Assembly: GCF_009914755.1 (NCBI RefSeq)
Contig: NC_060944.1
DNA: 64,000 bases
Reading direction: 5' to 3' (one strand)
DNA from: the human T2T-CHM13v2.0 reference genome, Homo sapiens
Position 1 is the first letter of the stretch. Each line of letters begins with the position of its first letter. Below the pieces are notes generated by a model. That model did not search any database. It was not told the DNA's origin and was given only the letters and a program-made list of their open reading frames with translations. Below are positions 1 through 12,400 of the stretch, piece after piece. Made by a program: the position numbers and the translations under genes.

Positions 1-164
1 ACAGAAATGAATAATTGAAAGAGGAATTTTGCAACCAAGATGAAAGTGCAGTGAAGAAATGAGAAGTGAAAATGCTGCAAGTGAGGTTCAAATTGAATGT
101 GAGTGGAATTCTAGAAGTACAAATAGTTGACTGTGGCAATGTAGACCCTGATGCAGGAACTTCA

Positions 165-708
<544 letters not shown>

Positions 709-727
709 AGAAACAATGCTTGCTCCG

Positions 728-1138
728 TGTATTAGCCCATTCTCACACTGCTATAAAGAACTACCAGAAACTGGATATTTTATGAATAAAAGAGGTTTAA
801 TTGGACTCACAGTTCCACAGGCTTAACAGGAAGCATGACTGGGAGGCCTCAGGAAACTTACAACCATGGTGGAAGGAGAAAAGGAAGCAGGCACCTTCTT
901 CACATGGTGGCAGGAGGGAGAGAGAGAGAGAGAGCGAAGGGGGACTTGCCACACACTTTCAAAAAACCAGATCTCATGAGAACTCACTGAGATCTTATGA
1001 GAACTCTCTATCACAAGAACAGCAAGGGGGAAGTCCGCCCCCATGATTCAGTCACCTCCTACCAGGCCCATCCCACAACACATGCAGATTACAATTTAAG
1101 ATGAGATTTGGATGGAGACACAGAGCCAAACTATATCA
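728..1138 (-). mobile_element. MaLR solo LTR (MSTA-like)
   Basis: TGTATTAG...CTATATCA termini; 5-bp TSD CTCCG/CTCCA; internal (GA)n at ~917-934. Confidence 0.85.
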
Positions 1139-1569
1139 CTCCATATTAGAAATATACAAAAAAAGGCAAGCACTCTTCCAACTACTCTGGATACATTTTT
1201 ACAAAGAAACAGCACTTGAACTCTCAATGTTTCTAATGCTTTGAATTGTAGTGCACAAATAAATATTTATTTCATTATATTTTCATTGTCCTCTACATTT
1301 GTAACTGAGAGTGTGAGAGTTTCTAATATTTTGACAAAAAATGGTAAAGGTCACAGAATGATCATTGTTTTTCTGATTGACTATGGAGACTGCTTTCCTG
1401 GGTTTCAGGTTGCACAGTCATTTTTGCAATCTTGCACTGCCATGAAAAGTGAGGGCTGCCTGTATTCGGCATAATACTCATCAAAATAAGGGCTAAAGAA
1501 AAATTAATTAGGATAAGAGAAATTAGAATGCCGGGATAGAGAAAATAAATAATATTTTATACAAGGTAG

Positions 1570-2708
1570 TTTATAGAAGGTGCCTTTAATGAAGTGACAT
1601 TGAGCAGAGACTTGAAGGAGGGAGAGCGGGAGCCATGCAGCTGTGTTGGGGAAGAAGCAGAGAAGTGATATGATTTGACTTTTCCAAAGAATCACTGTGG
1701 CTGAAAAATGAAAGCCAGAGGAGTGGTCCCCAAAGAGATGATGCTGGCTGGGACAGGGAGGGGTGGTGGAGGTGAGAGGTGTGGAGAATAGGGATTTAAC
1801 TCTGAGGTTTCCAGCAGCAGGCTTGGACTGGGCCCTGAAAACCAATTGTTAAATTTCAGGAATCTTGCAATCTGGTTGTTTAACTGTTGGCAGTGTGAAA
1901 TTGGTCAGGTTGGGAGTTATTACACTAGAGAAATTGGCAAGCACTGCAAAACAGCTTTTGGTTTTTCCCTTTCAGAAAGTCCATTGTTAAACATTTACCA
2001 TCTCATGTAAGTGGACACATGCATTTTGGAGGCAGAACTGAATATGAGTTGTAAAGGGCAGTCATCGAGGGCTCCTCAATGTTGGGCTGTGGCAGCATTT
2101 CTACCACAAGCAGCAGGACTGGGAAGGCTGCAGGATACTAGAAGAAATACTGTCTCCATCACAGAGAGAGAAGGGAGAGCTTCTTTCTTTTTGGGTTTGA
2201 GGGATAGGATGCTTGGACAAAGAGGAAAGAGAATCATTTTTTTCTTAAAATTGGTATAGGGGTTCATGTGTATTCAGGAGGCAGTAGAGAACCTCAACAA
2301 GGCTGGGGGAGTTGGGGTAGGCAGGAATCCAGAAGACAGGATAACTCTTGAGAGCCTGGAGAGAGTCTGTGGTTTATGGCCAGTCCCAAGGCGACGGATG
2401 GGAGAAGTCCTGGTGTGTTTAGATTTGGAGTGTTTCTCACCTTCTAGGGAGGTGCCATGAGTCAGTGCCCAGAGCCCAATCCCATGGCCCCTGCTCAGGA
2501 CCGTGAATAGAGACACTGCTTTGGGGCATCATGGTCTTGTGAAGGTGGAACAGGAGCGTGTGGGCAGGCAGATGACCTGGGAGAGGAGGCGTTTGGAGCT
2601 GAGTGTGGGGAAGGTTCTCGCCAGCTCCTTCTCTCAGGCTGAGCTTCTCAAGAAAGGAGGAGGCAGCAGAGACTGAGGGTCCTACATGGCAGGGAAGGAA
2701 GGAAGGAG
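1570..2708 (-). other. SIRPB1: SIRPB1 non-coding terminal exon (3' UTR); both ends approximate
   Basis: Acceptor ttttcccacag at 2709-2710, with an alternative AG at 2682-2683 after a pyrimidine tract. Homologous to the SIRPG last exon. First downstream hexamer found is ATTAAA 1590-1585. Confidence 0.6.
1585..1590 (-). terminator. Candidate SIRPB1 poly(A) signal ATTAAA (next AATAAA at 1271-1266)
   Basis: tttaat on the + strand; the site orthologous to the SIRPG AATAAA is destroyed in SIRPB1. Confidence 0.45.
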
Positions 2709-3338
2709 CTGTGGGAAAACACATCCACATTCATTCATCTGCTCATCATTTAAGAAATGTTTCCTGAGAGCCTGATATGTCCCTAGTGCTGGTCTCCTCT
2801 TGGGATGCCTGTTATGGGTGGACAGGCAGACCTGAGATAGGACTCTGCCAGCTCAGCACTTCTTCCAAGTCCTGATGCTCCCTCTTCCCCGCTTTCCACT
2901 CAAGCACACAGAAGGTCAGAGCAGGAACAGCCCTCAGAGCAGCCTATCTGGGAATTCTCAACACTACGGTGGGGATTACTTTGAACCCATGGAGTCCCAG
3001 CAGTGGCCTCCAAGGGACCACCCACTCAGTTGGCCCTCACTTAGACCCCTCTGTCCACCTTTTCCATGGGACTCCTAGGCCACTGGGGACAACTTTGAAC
3101 CCCCTTGAAGCATCCCACCTCCTGTAATACCCTTGACCATCCCAACTCCTGCACACTCCCTGGGGGTTGGGAGCCCCATACAGGGTTCCCTGAGACTCCT
3201 GAGTATCCTGAGGGAGCCCTGTCACCTTCTGTAAACTCCACTGACCCTGAAGCTGCATGGCATGTGAGCTGGGCCCTCCTGCTGGCCTTGCCTTTCTGGA
3301 GGAGCCCTTGGTCAGTCCTCCCTCTCCTAAACTTACAG

Positions 3339-3451
3339 TCAGGCCTTCTGTTTCCAGCAGATGTAGATGGCAGAGACACCAACCACCAGTAGCAGCTTGG
3401 GGCCCAGGAGGAGAGCTACGAGGAGTGGAGCAGTAGGAGCCAGCGCTGGTT
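3339..3451 (-). CDS. SIRPB1: SIRPB1 exon 5 coding part (TM with Lys380, short tail, stop)
   Basis: Acceptor atttccag|AA; [37 protein letters not shown]; TGA at 3341-3339; donor GTAAGT 2 nt after the stop. Confidence 0.96.
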
Positions 3452-6400
3452 CTGGAAATCAGGGAAGAGGAGGAGCCATGAGAGGGGCCACCTGGGAGCT
3501 CATCCCAGGGGCCTCCACTTACCCCATCTGAGGCTACCTGGGCCCATCAATCCTCTGAAGCTTTTGAACTTGCATCCTGCTCTGGCTTTCCTGACTCCAG
3601 CCGAAAGCAAAGGCCAGGGAAAGTGGCTCCTCATTCTCACTCACCCTGTCCCAGGCTGCCAGTTTATCCTCCTGGAGGGAAAAGGTGGAGAGAGTGTGTG
3701 CTCAGGTATTCATATATGTGGCAACTGGGTTCCTCACTTGATCCTCACACGCCCATGGGGCAGGGATTATTATTCCATTCTGATGGGGAAACTGAGGCCA
3801 GAGAGTTTAGGGAGTGTCAGGAGATTAGTAGGATCCAAACCTAGGGAAGCCCATCATTATGTCCCCAAGGGTGACTCCTGAGTCCAAGACAAGTCCAACA
3901 CTCCAGGATCATGAGAATGATTAGTAAAGGGTGGGCAGGTGGTGTGAGGATGGATTCAGAGTGAGAGAGTTGCATGCTGCCCTTCTTAGCCCCAGGGGCA
4001 GGGAGAGGACCCCATATTCTCATGATCTCAGGGAGCCCTCCAGGGACAAGACCCAATTAAACCTGCTGGCTGGAAAATTCCCTGGTGAGTCAGGGAATGT
4101 GCCTCGGGCTTGGAAGGGCCTCAGACATCATCTCTCCTACCTCAACCCCAGTGCAGATGTCATCTGAAATCTTTCTGTTGGACACAGAGAGTCAGATCTA
4201 CGGAAGCTCATGTTGGGACTGTTTGCATTTTTTAAATAAGGGGTTTTGGATGTTAAAAGTAACAAAGGTATTAAAAAAATTTTTTTTTAAAATAAAATGG
4301 TGCTGGTGGGTCCTTAAGGAAGGAATGGAGACCTCAGCATCTATAGCCGCTGGAGTGTTGGAGTGTTGCAGGCCGGCAGTTCTCAGATGGGTGGCTCTCT
4401 GGGGCTTTCTCTCCTTTGAGGAGAGCTGCACTGCCCAAGTTTATTCCTTCTAAGGGGCAGCCCACATGAGAGATAGACTGCATTGGGAATATGAAGGGCC
4501 AGCCCTTCCCCTCAATTTGAAAAAAATCTACAGGACCCTCCGGCCTTTTGCCTCTCTGCAAGAGCAGCTGCATCTTTGTACTGCCTGCACTGTGGCTCAG
4601 CACCTCCCTCCTCCTACACTCCTGCCTCCTCATTCCTGAGGCATGTTGACCCTGACAGCACTCTAGGATGCCTCCTGCATTGCTTTATGCATCCTCAGGT
4701 GGCCTCCCAGAGAAACTGTCCTTGGGAAGTGGTCTGGAAAGAAGACTCTAAAATATAAGTTGGGAATCTGATTACTCATCAGCTAGCAATGAGGACCCCA
4801 GGGCTGGTGGTGAATGGGACTGGAGAAGCCGTGACTTGCTGTTGTGTTGCGATTGATAACACTTTCACTGGCACTAAACTGGGATAGTGTTACCACAGGA
4901 AGGAAATTCCTTGCCATTAGCCTTTTGAAAACAGATTGGGAAATGGTCGTTATAAGAACTAAGGTGTTAGCTGTTGCTGGGCATGAACTCTTGGGAGGAA
5001 GGCAATGAGAAACTAAGAGTGATTCATCATGAGTTAAAGTTCAGCTGGAAGCCAGAGGACTTCTTGGCAGCACTGCAGATTCTTATTTCTTGGAGCCACA
5101 GGGCAGAAGGAATAGAGAATTGGGTCCTGGGCATCATAGAAGAGTAGCAGAATCACAGCGGAGCATGAATCTCAGTTTCAATGGCTGCTATGCTGGGATA
5201 GGGCCCTGATGGGGAAGTTGTGGGACCCTGAAATGTGGAAGGAGACATTTGGGTCAAACCACTCAAAGATTGTCAGTTGACTTCAGAGTTACTGGGGACA
5301 ATTGCAGTGGCATCGCTACTTGTCGCTATAAATATCCTCCCCAAGCCAAAAGAAGAAACAGAAAAGGAAAAGTAAATTCTACACAATCCAGGCCCTAAAT
5401 ATTGCTTGAAGAGAGAATGCCAAACTGCAAAATGGCTGAGTCAAAAGGGAACACTCACCTAACCCTAGGGCACAGTCTCTCACTAGGCTCCCATGCCACT
5501 GATGCAGCACGTCACAGAAGGCATCCTGCAGTTTGCCTGCCAGCCTAGACAACCTAAAATGCATTTCCAGACTTAGCATATGTGCCAGGATGCCATGTCA
5601 GACACACTGAAAGAACCCAAAAATGGCAGCCCTCTCTCAGCCCCAGTGGGTGGTTGGAAGTCTAAGAAAAGACTCAACCTTGTCCAGATGGTACAGACTC
5701 ATCTCATCCTGTGCCTCCTTGAGAAGTACAACTATGAACCCAAGAAATATCATGAGGAGCAGGCATAGGAGAACTTCCAAGGTGGAAGAGCGAGGTAAGA
5801 ACCTGAGGACTGAGGAACAGCCCAGCAGCCAAACAGCAGGGACTCTATGCCCAAATACCAGCCCCCAGCCACAGAAAGTGATGAAGGGAGGACATAGAAA
5901 AGAGGAGGTCTCAAGTCAATAAATATAAATCCCGCACTTTAAGAAACTACAAAAAGTAGGGCAAAGTAAACCCAAAGAAAGCAGGAGATAGGAATTAATT
6001 TAAAAAAAAAAAGAGAGAAGAGAGCAGATAATTAATGAAACTGAAAACACAAAAACAATACAAAAACCCATTGAAACAAAGAGTCAATCTTTTGAAAACA
6101 CCAATAAAATGGGAAAAAACTCTAGCATGACTGATGAAAAAGAAAAGAGAAATGACACATTTTTAGTATCAGGATGAAACGTGGGATACCATTGCAGACC
6201 CTGCAGACACCAAAAGGGTTATGAGAGGATATTATGAACAACTCTACACACATAAATATGACAACTTAGATGAAATGGACCAAAAGTTATGCAAAACACA
6301 ACTTACCAGGGCTCACTCAATAGGAAACGAAAAATGTGAATAACCCTAAACTATTAACGACATTGAATCTATGATTATAAAATATCCAAAAATATCCCTG

Positions 6401-9400
6401 GGGCCCAGATCTTTCAAAGGAAAACACAAGCATTTAAAGATAAATTAAAACCAAATTTAACACACAGGAAAATGGTTCTAAAAAATTTGGTAAAATGTGA
6501 ATGTATGCTCCATTTTAGATGATATGAGGAAATTATTTTAATAACTTTATGAAATTTAGTGATTTGAACACTTAAAATTTAAGTGGACAATGACACTGGT
6601 TTTGTGAAAAATGTCCTTGATCACATGATCCCTCAATGTGCAACTGCAGGTGCATGCGTGAGCAAGTTTTCAGTGGACGTGACTATGCACCTTCCACACA
6701 TCTCTGATGATTGGGGACATTGTTTGTCTTCTATTTCGTGTCTTTCCTCTTCTGGCAGGCAGGGACATGAACAAATCCGTGACTCAGCACTGACCCAGGA
6801 GATGACGCAAACATCATAGGGTGTTTTGGAAGGAACCTGAGTCCTTATTCTTATTTCCTGGAGCCTCAGGGCAGAAAGAATAGAAGATTGGGCCCCAGCC
6901 ATCATTAGAAGAGTAGCAGAATCACAAAGGATGTTGAATGTCAGCTTTAATGGCTTCTATGCTGGGGTTGGGCCCTGATGGGGAAGTTGTGGGACCCTGA
7001 GATGTGGGAGGATGTATTCGGGTCAAAGCACTCAAAGATTGTCTTTCGACTGGAGTAGAGGGACCCCTCCTGGTATTAAAAGAGAGGGAAATAAGACATA
7101 TTTTGGTTATAGAGAGGGGGAACACTGGCCAAATTTGGGTCCTTGGGACAAAGCGCAGCAGAAAGGGAAAGTTTCTCTAATTAGCACAAATTCCCATTAT
7201 AGCCTGGTAGTGAGCCTGTCCTCAGGGACTAGATTTACCTTCATTACTTTGGACCAATAACCTGGTCTAATGACAAGAAGTCTTCAACAACATCCCTCAT
7301 TACTTCCTAAGTCCTGGTTTCCCCTTTGGTAAAACTCCAAGCTCACTGGGTGTTTGAAGCAGGAAAGGAGATCAGAGATGAACAGAAATTTGCATATAGT
7401 AAATGTGCAGAGTGGTTGTGATTATTGTTGGTCAAATATCACCATCAGAACACAAAAGAAGCCTGTGCTGTGACCAGGTCACCTGGGGGTCTGTCCAGGC
7501 TTAAACTTCACTTGTCTTTCTGAAATTTATAGAGCAGATGCTGGAGACTGGTGGCTGAGGTCACAGATGCGGATGGAAAAGTTTAGGATAGAATAGGGAC
7601 AAGGTAGAGGTTAGAAAGTGTAAAAGGCAAGGTGGTGTGCTGGCGAGAAATGCAGAAGAAGGCGAGACACAGGACTTCATAAACAAACGGATCACCTCCC
7701 TCTCTCTTTTTTCCTTTAATGTATATTTATGTCAAAATATCTATCAAGTTGTGCATCAGACTTGACGCACAGTTTCTCCTGGTAGATGGGGCTTAAGGGT
7801 GTCTACAAATGGCCAATTGTTACCTTGAACCTTCTAAGTAGTGGTGACCCATGGAGTGTAGGATTTTAATGTAGACGTTAAAATTCTACTTTATATTTAT
7901 AGACTTCTAGCTTATTTTATGACAAGCATGAATATTGCTTTTAACATTAAAGAAAAAGACAAAATTTAAAAATGGGAAGTAACCGCACCATGGGTGATAT
8001 CTGAGCCGTGCTCCTTCTGGTGTGCTGAGATCTCCAGGGCATAGCTTTTGCTGACTGCTTGCTGCCCATCATGCTCCACCTGACAGGTGAGCACCACATC
8101 GTCCCTGTGGGCACAGGTGTTCACCAGGAGCCAGCTCATCCAGTTGTAGGTGCCATCCTTGTTCTCTATGAGGGTCGAAGCTGTTTCTGTCCGGGACACA
8201 TTTCCATTCTCCAACCAGGTCAGCTGTAGTCCCCGGGGGTAGAAATTGCTCACCTGGCAGGTGACGTTTGCCTGGTTCTCTGCCCTCATGGGCTGTTGAG
8301 TAACCTCCAAGGTGGGTGGAACTGAAACAGCACAGGGCAGAAGCTCTGATCTTGTGGCACAGACAGATCACAGGGAGGGCTAAATAACGTAGCTCCCACC
8401 AACACAGTGAGGGCATCACCAGGACAGTGCTAGGCAGGCAGCAGGTGCTCAGACATTGAGGGCACTCGTTGCATATGAGTGAAATTACTAAGCACAGTGC
8501 CTGGCGCACAGTAGGTGCCCAAGGACTGTTAGCTGCTGCTAGGCTAAGGATGAGTGAAATCTACAAGCACAACCCCTGGCATGCAGTTGGAATGTAAGAA
8601 CTGTAGCAAAATCAGTGAAATCGCCGAGCACATAGTGATTTGGCTCCTAGTAGGTGCTCACTAATTGTAGTTGCTCTTGGTGAAATAAATGAAACTCTGT
8701 AGCCCAGAGCTTGGCACATGGTTGCTGGTCCCCTGACAGCTGCCATTAAAATGATAGTAAGTGACCGGCTCACCTAGGTGCATGGGAGGTGGACAACACA
8801 GTTAGGAATTAGATTCCAGGCCTTTCAAGCTCTGGAGCCTGGGGAGAGGGGAGTGGGCTTGGCAGCCAGGTGTGGGCTTGGGCTGGGTGTGAGGGTCTTC
8901 TACCTCGGATGGCCTCAGACAAGTTGGCAGTCCCACGAAGAGGGTCCCCCTGCAAGGTGATGTGGGCCATCTCGCAGATGACTTGAGAGTGAACGTCCCC
9001 ACGGGTCAGCACCACCCTGGCTGTGCTGTGGATGCTGTAGGACACACTGTCTCCTGCGGGGTCCACGTTGGTCTGGAAGTCTGAGAGCTCATTCCCATTT
9101 TTGAACCATTTCAGGGTGATGTCTCTGGGAGAGAAGCCATGGGACTCGCAGGTGAAGCTCACTGTGTGCTCAGGTGTGGCCCTCACCGCAGGGCCCGATA
9201 CCACGGGGGCAGAGGGTTTGGCTACAAAAGGACCATCGATAATCAGGAGACATGACTCAGATGACCATCACTGATGATAAGCGTTTGACATGTTAAGAAC
9301 CTTCTGAGACGTTAGTTTTTAATCTTTCTAATAATGTCGTGAAGGCAGTGTCCTTATTCTCATTTTACAGATCAGGACACAACAGCTCTTAGAGGTGAGA

Positions 9401-12400
9401 ACCAGGCCATGGTCAGACAGTGAGTAGGGGCAGGGCCCAGAGGGAAGTCCAGGCCTGAGTTCAAAGTCCTCTCCACACAGGGAGACTTCCACCAATCTGG
9501 GCATAGGAACAAAATTACTGATTGGTCTCCCTCCATGTTATTAACTGGTCCTAGCTGTCCTCCCCCGGAAGGCTCACTAACCTCAGAGAGGGCATTTATA
9601 GAAGCCAATACAGGGATCAATGGCAAAGTGGCACCACCGTGAGAGCTGCAACCAGGCTGCTCAGCCCAGGACAGGGGTGGGCTGACAACCCCAGCTCCTC
9701 ATCCGCAAAACAGGAGGACGGAGGACGGCGTTTCTACTTCCTGGGATGTCGCCAGGATTCAATGGGGCAATGGAAGCAGTTTTGCTCTGGATCAAACACA
9801 GAAGATGCTTCCCCCAAAAAACACAGATCTATCTTTAACCCAGACTTTACAGATACACAGAGGTCTCTCTTTAGGTATTATAAAAATATGAAACATTCCG
9901 TATTTTTCTTTTCACAAATATTTCGTTCTGTCAAATAAAAGGCATTAATTAAGGATAAAGCTTTAACGTAGAGCCAAGAGTTTGTAAGAGCATTGGAATC
10001 ACACCTGCTAAAGGTCAAGCCACAGGATGTTGCAGTAGATAGACCTGGATAACAACTGAAGCCAGGGTCCGTGGGATTTTGATCTCTTTCACCTGGAGTA
10101 CTTTAATGAAATAACCAATGAGAGTGGGTTTGCAGTTGAGGATTTTCAACCAGCTAATGAACTGTTTCCAAAAACAACCTTTTGTGAAAATCCCCTATAA
10201 AAAACCTGTCCTGTATTGCCATACGGGACACTATTCAGGGTTTCACTGACTCAGTGTACCCAAATTGCACCTCTTTATCTTTCAGATAAATGCTATTTCC
10301 TTTGGCCTTCCTAACAATCATTTTGCTGTTGTTGTTAGTTGTTCTAATCTGCTGGAAGTCCTAAATTTGAAAAGAGGAAATTTTTGGGAATCTGAATCTT
10401 CAGTTAGGACAGGTTTGGGTGAAAAACAAGGATCACTGAGTACTAAGAAAGCCAAAGGTGGTTAGCTTTTTCATCGTTAATTAATTACAAGAGACAAAGA
10501 CCCAGGCCACACCAACAGACAGAAACCTATTCTGGGCCTTGAAAGCAAACACATTGGAGAATCAGAACAACGAGTGCAGTTTCTCCATGTAGATGAATTT
10601 TAAGGGTGTCTGCAAATTGCTAATTGTTACCTTGAACCTTCTGCCGTCCTCTTAGAAAGCACATATTATACGTTTGACTTTGCCAATATTAACTTGCTCC
10701 CTGATATGCGTGAAATAATGTGAGAGCACAGTAAGGAGGGTGTCACTTGAAGATGTCAAGTCTTTGAGACACCAGCAGCATGGGTGTCCCTAGAAGGCTG
10801 AGAGGCTGTCTTCAGTTCCGATTTTTTGAGGGCTTCTTGGCAGCCTGATGCTGGCTGCTCTCTCTGTACCTCTCAGCACTTCAATCCTCCTTCTATTTGT
10901 CAGAGGGGGTCCTCATGTGAGCCCTTGTGTAGGGCGAGACTCTGAGAGGATCCTTGGTGGCCAAGGGCCAAAAGTAGATAGAAACCCCACCCTGGGAAGA
11001 TGAGTGAGGGTAAGTGCAAGGGCATAGCCTGGCATGTAGTAGGTGCTTAATAAATAACCCCTGTGACTGTAATCATGAGGTTTGGTCATTACTGCTTCTG
11101 GAGCTGCATAGCTATTCTTTAGGCAACAGAACAAAGAGGCACACAAACACCAAGGAAAGGCTCAAACCCTACTCACTGCAGCTGCCAGAAAAAACCCAAA
11201 TGATAAAAGGAGCAGCAACCACCATGTTTGGCGAACTGGCTTTCAAGTAAGATCACAGGGGAAGCTGGAAGCATTTTGGAAGAAGGAGGGAAAAGATACC
11301 TCAGTGACATCTGGGAGTGCTGAGGGAGGGAGGCTTCTGGGGCTGAGGAGTGAGGATTTGCTGGGACTCCAGCACGTGTTTAGATACAAATGTTTTCAAG
11401 ACAGAAGGTTCCCCAGCCCTGAGGCTGCATCTGAGCCAGGCTTTGTCCCAGTCTCCTATCTTGGGCCCTGAGGCCAGTAGCATGGGAGGGGTCTTGTTCA
11501 GGCTTCTGGGGCCTCCCAGAATGTTTCCAGAATGGCTGTTTTGAAGCACCCATGACCCAAAAAGCTGTTCTCAAAGCCCCAAAACCTGGGGCACCGCTTT
11601 TGCTAGGGGGCTGTGTATGAGAATCTTCTGGAGCCATTAAGAACTTTAGATATCCAGGCCCAAATTAGATGCAATTAAATTGGCATTTTAGGGGGGTTCC
11701 TGGGTCCAGCTTTGCAAACTTTTTTTTTGATAGTTTTCCCAATGATTCTAATGAGCAGCCAAGGTTGAAAGCCACTGGACTCCAACCCAAACCCCATTTA
11801 TACTTGGGGCCTAGAGATGCCCTGACCTGTCTGAGGTCACACAGCTTCACCCTAACACAACTCACCTTTATTGAGCATTTACTGTGTGCTTGTTGATGCC
11901 CTAAGCATTTTACACAATATCACTCCTTCAGACTCGGCCCAGTCTGTGAGGTCAGTGTTACCATCAAAGGGTGAGGACATCGAGGCCTATGGTGGTGAAG
12001 CACCTTGTCCCAGGTCACAGAGCCAGGAAGTGGCAGAGCCGGGAAGAGGCCCAGGCAGCTGGGATACTGCCTGTGTTCTCCTAACGACAGTTCTGCAGAA
12101 GCTCAGTAATAACCTGAATGACACCACCATTAGGGGCTCTGTGCACATCCTCTCCAATCCTCACAGAACCCAGAATAGGCCATGATAATCAGCATCTCAC
12201 CGATGGGGAAACCGAGGACTCAAGGGAAGGCAAGACTGGCCCAAGATCACACGATCTTGAAATAACACCTCACTTTGGGGGTGCCTACAGTGCGCTAGGT
12301 GATTTACAGAGAGAACCTTACGCTTACGACTTTCCTAAAGGAGTCCATGATTGTCTCTATTCTACAGATGAAGATGCCGTGGCTGAACAAAATGAAGGCA

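Noticed and set aside
7966-7988. Exon-4 read-through to an intronic stop in both genes (possible soluble 3-Ig forms)
   Set aside because: An in-frame intronic stop is expected by chance, and I saw no convincing nearby poly(A) signal.
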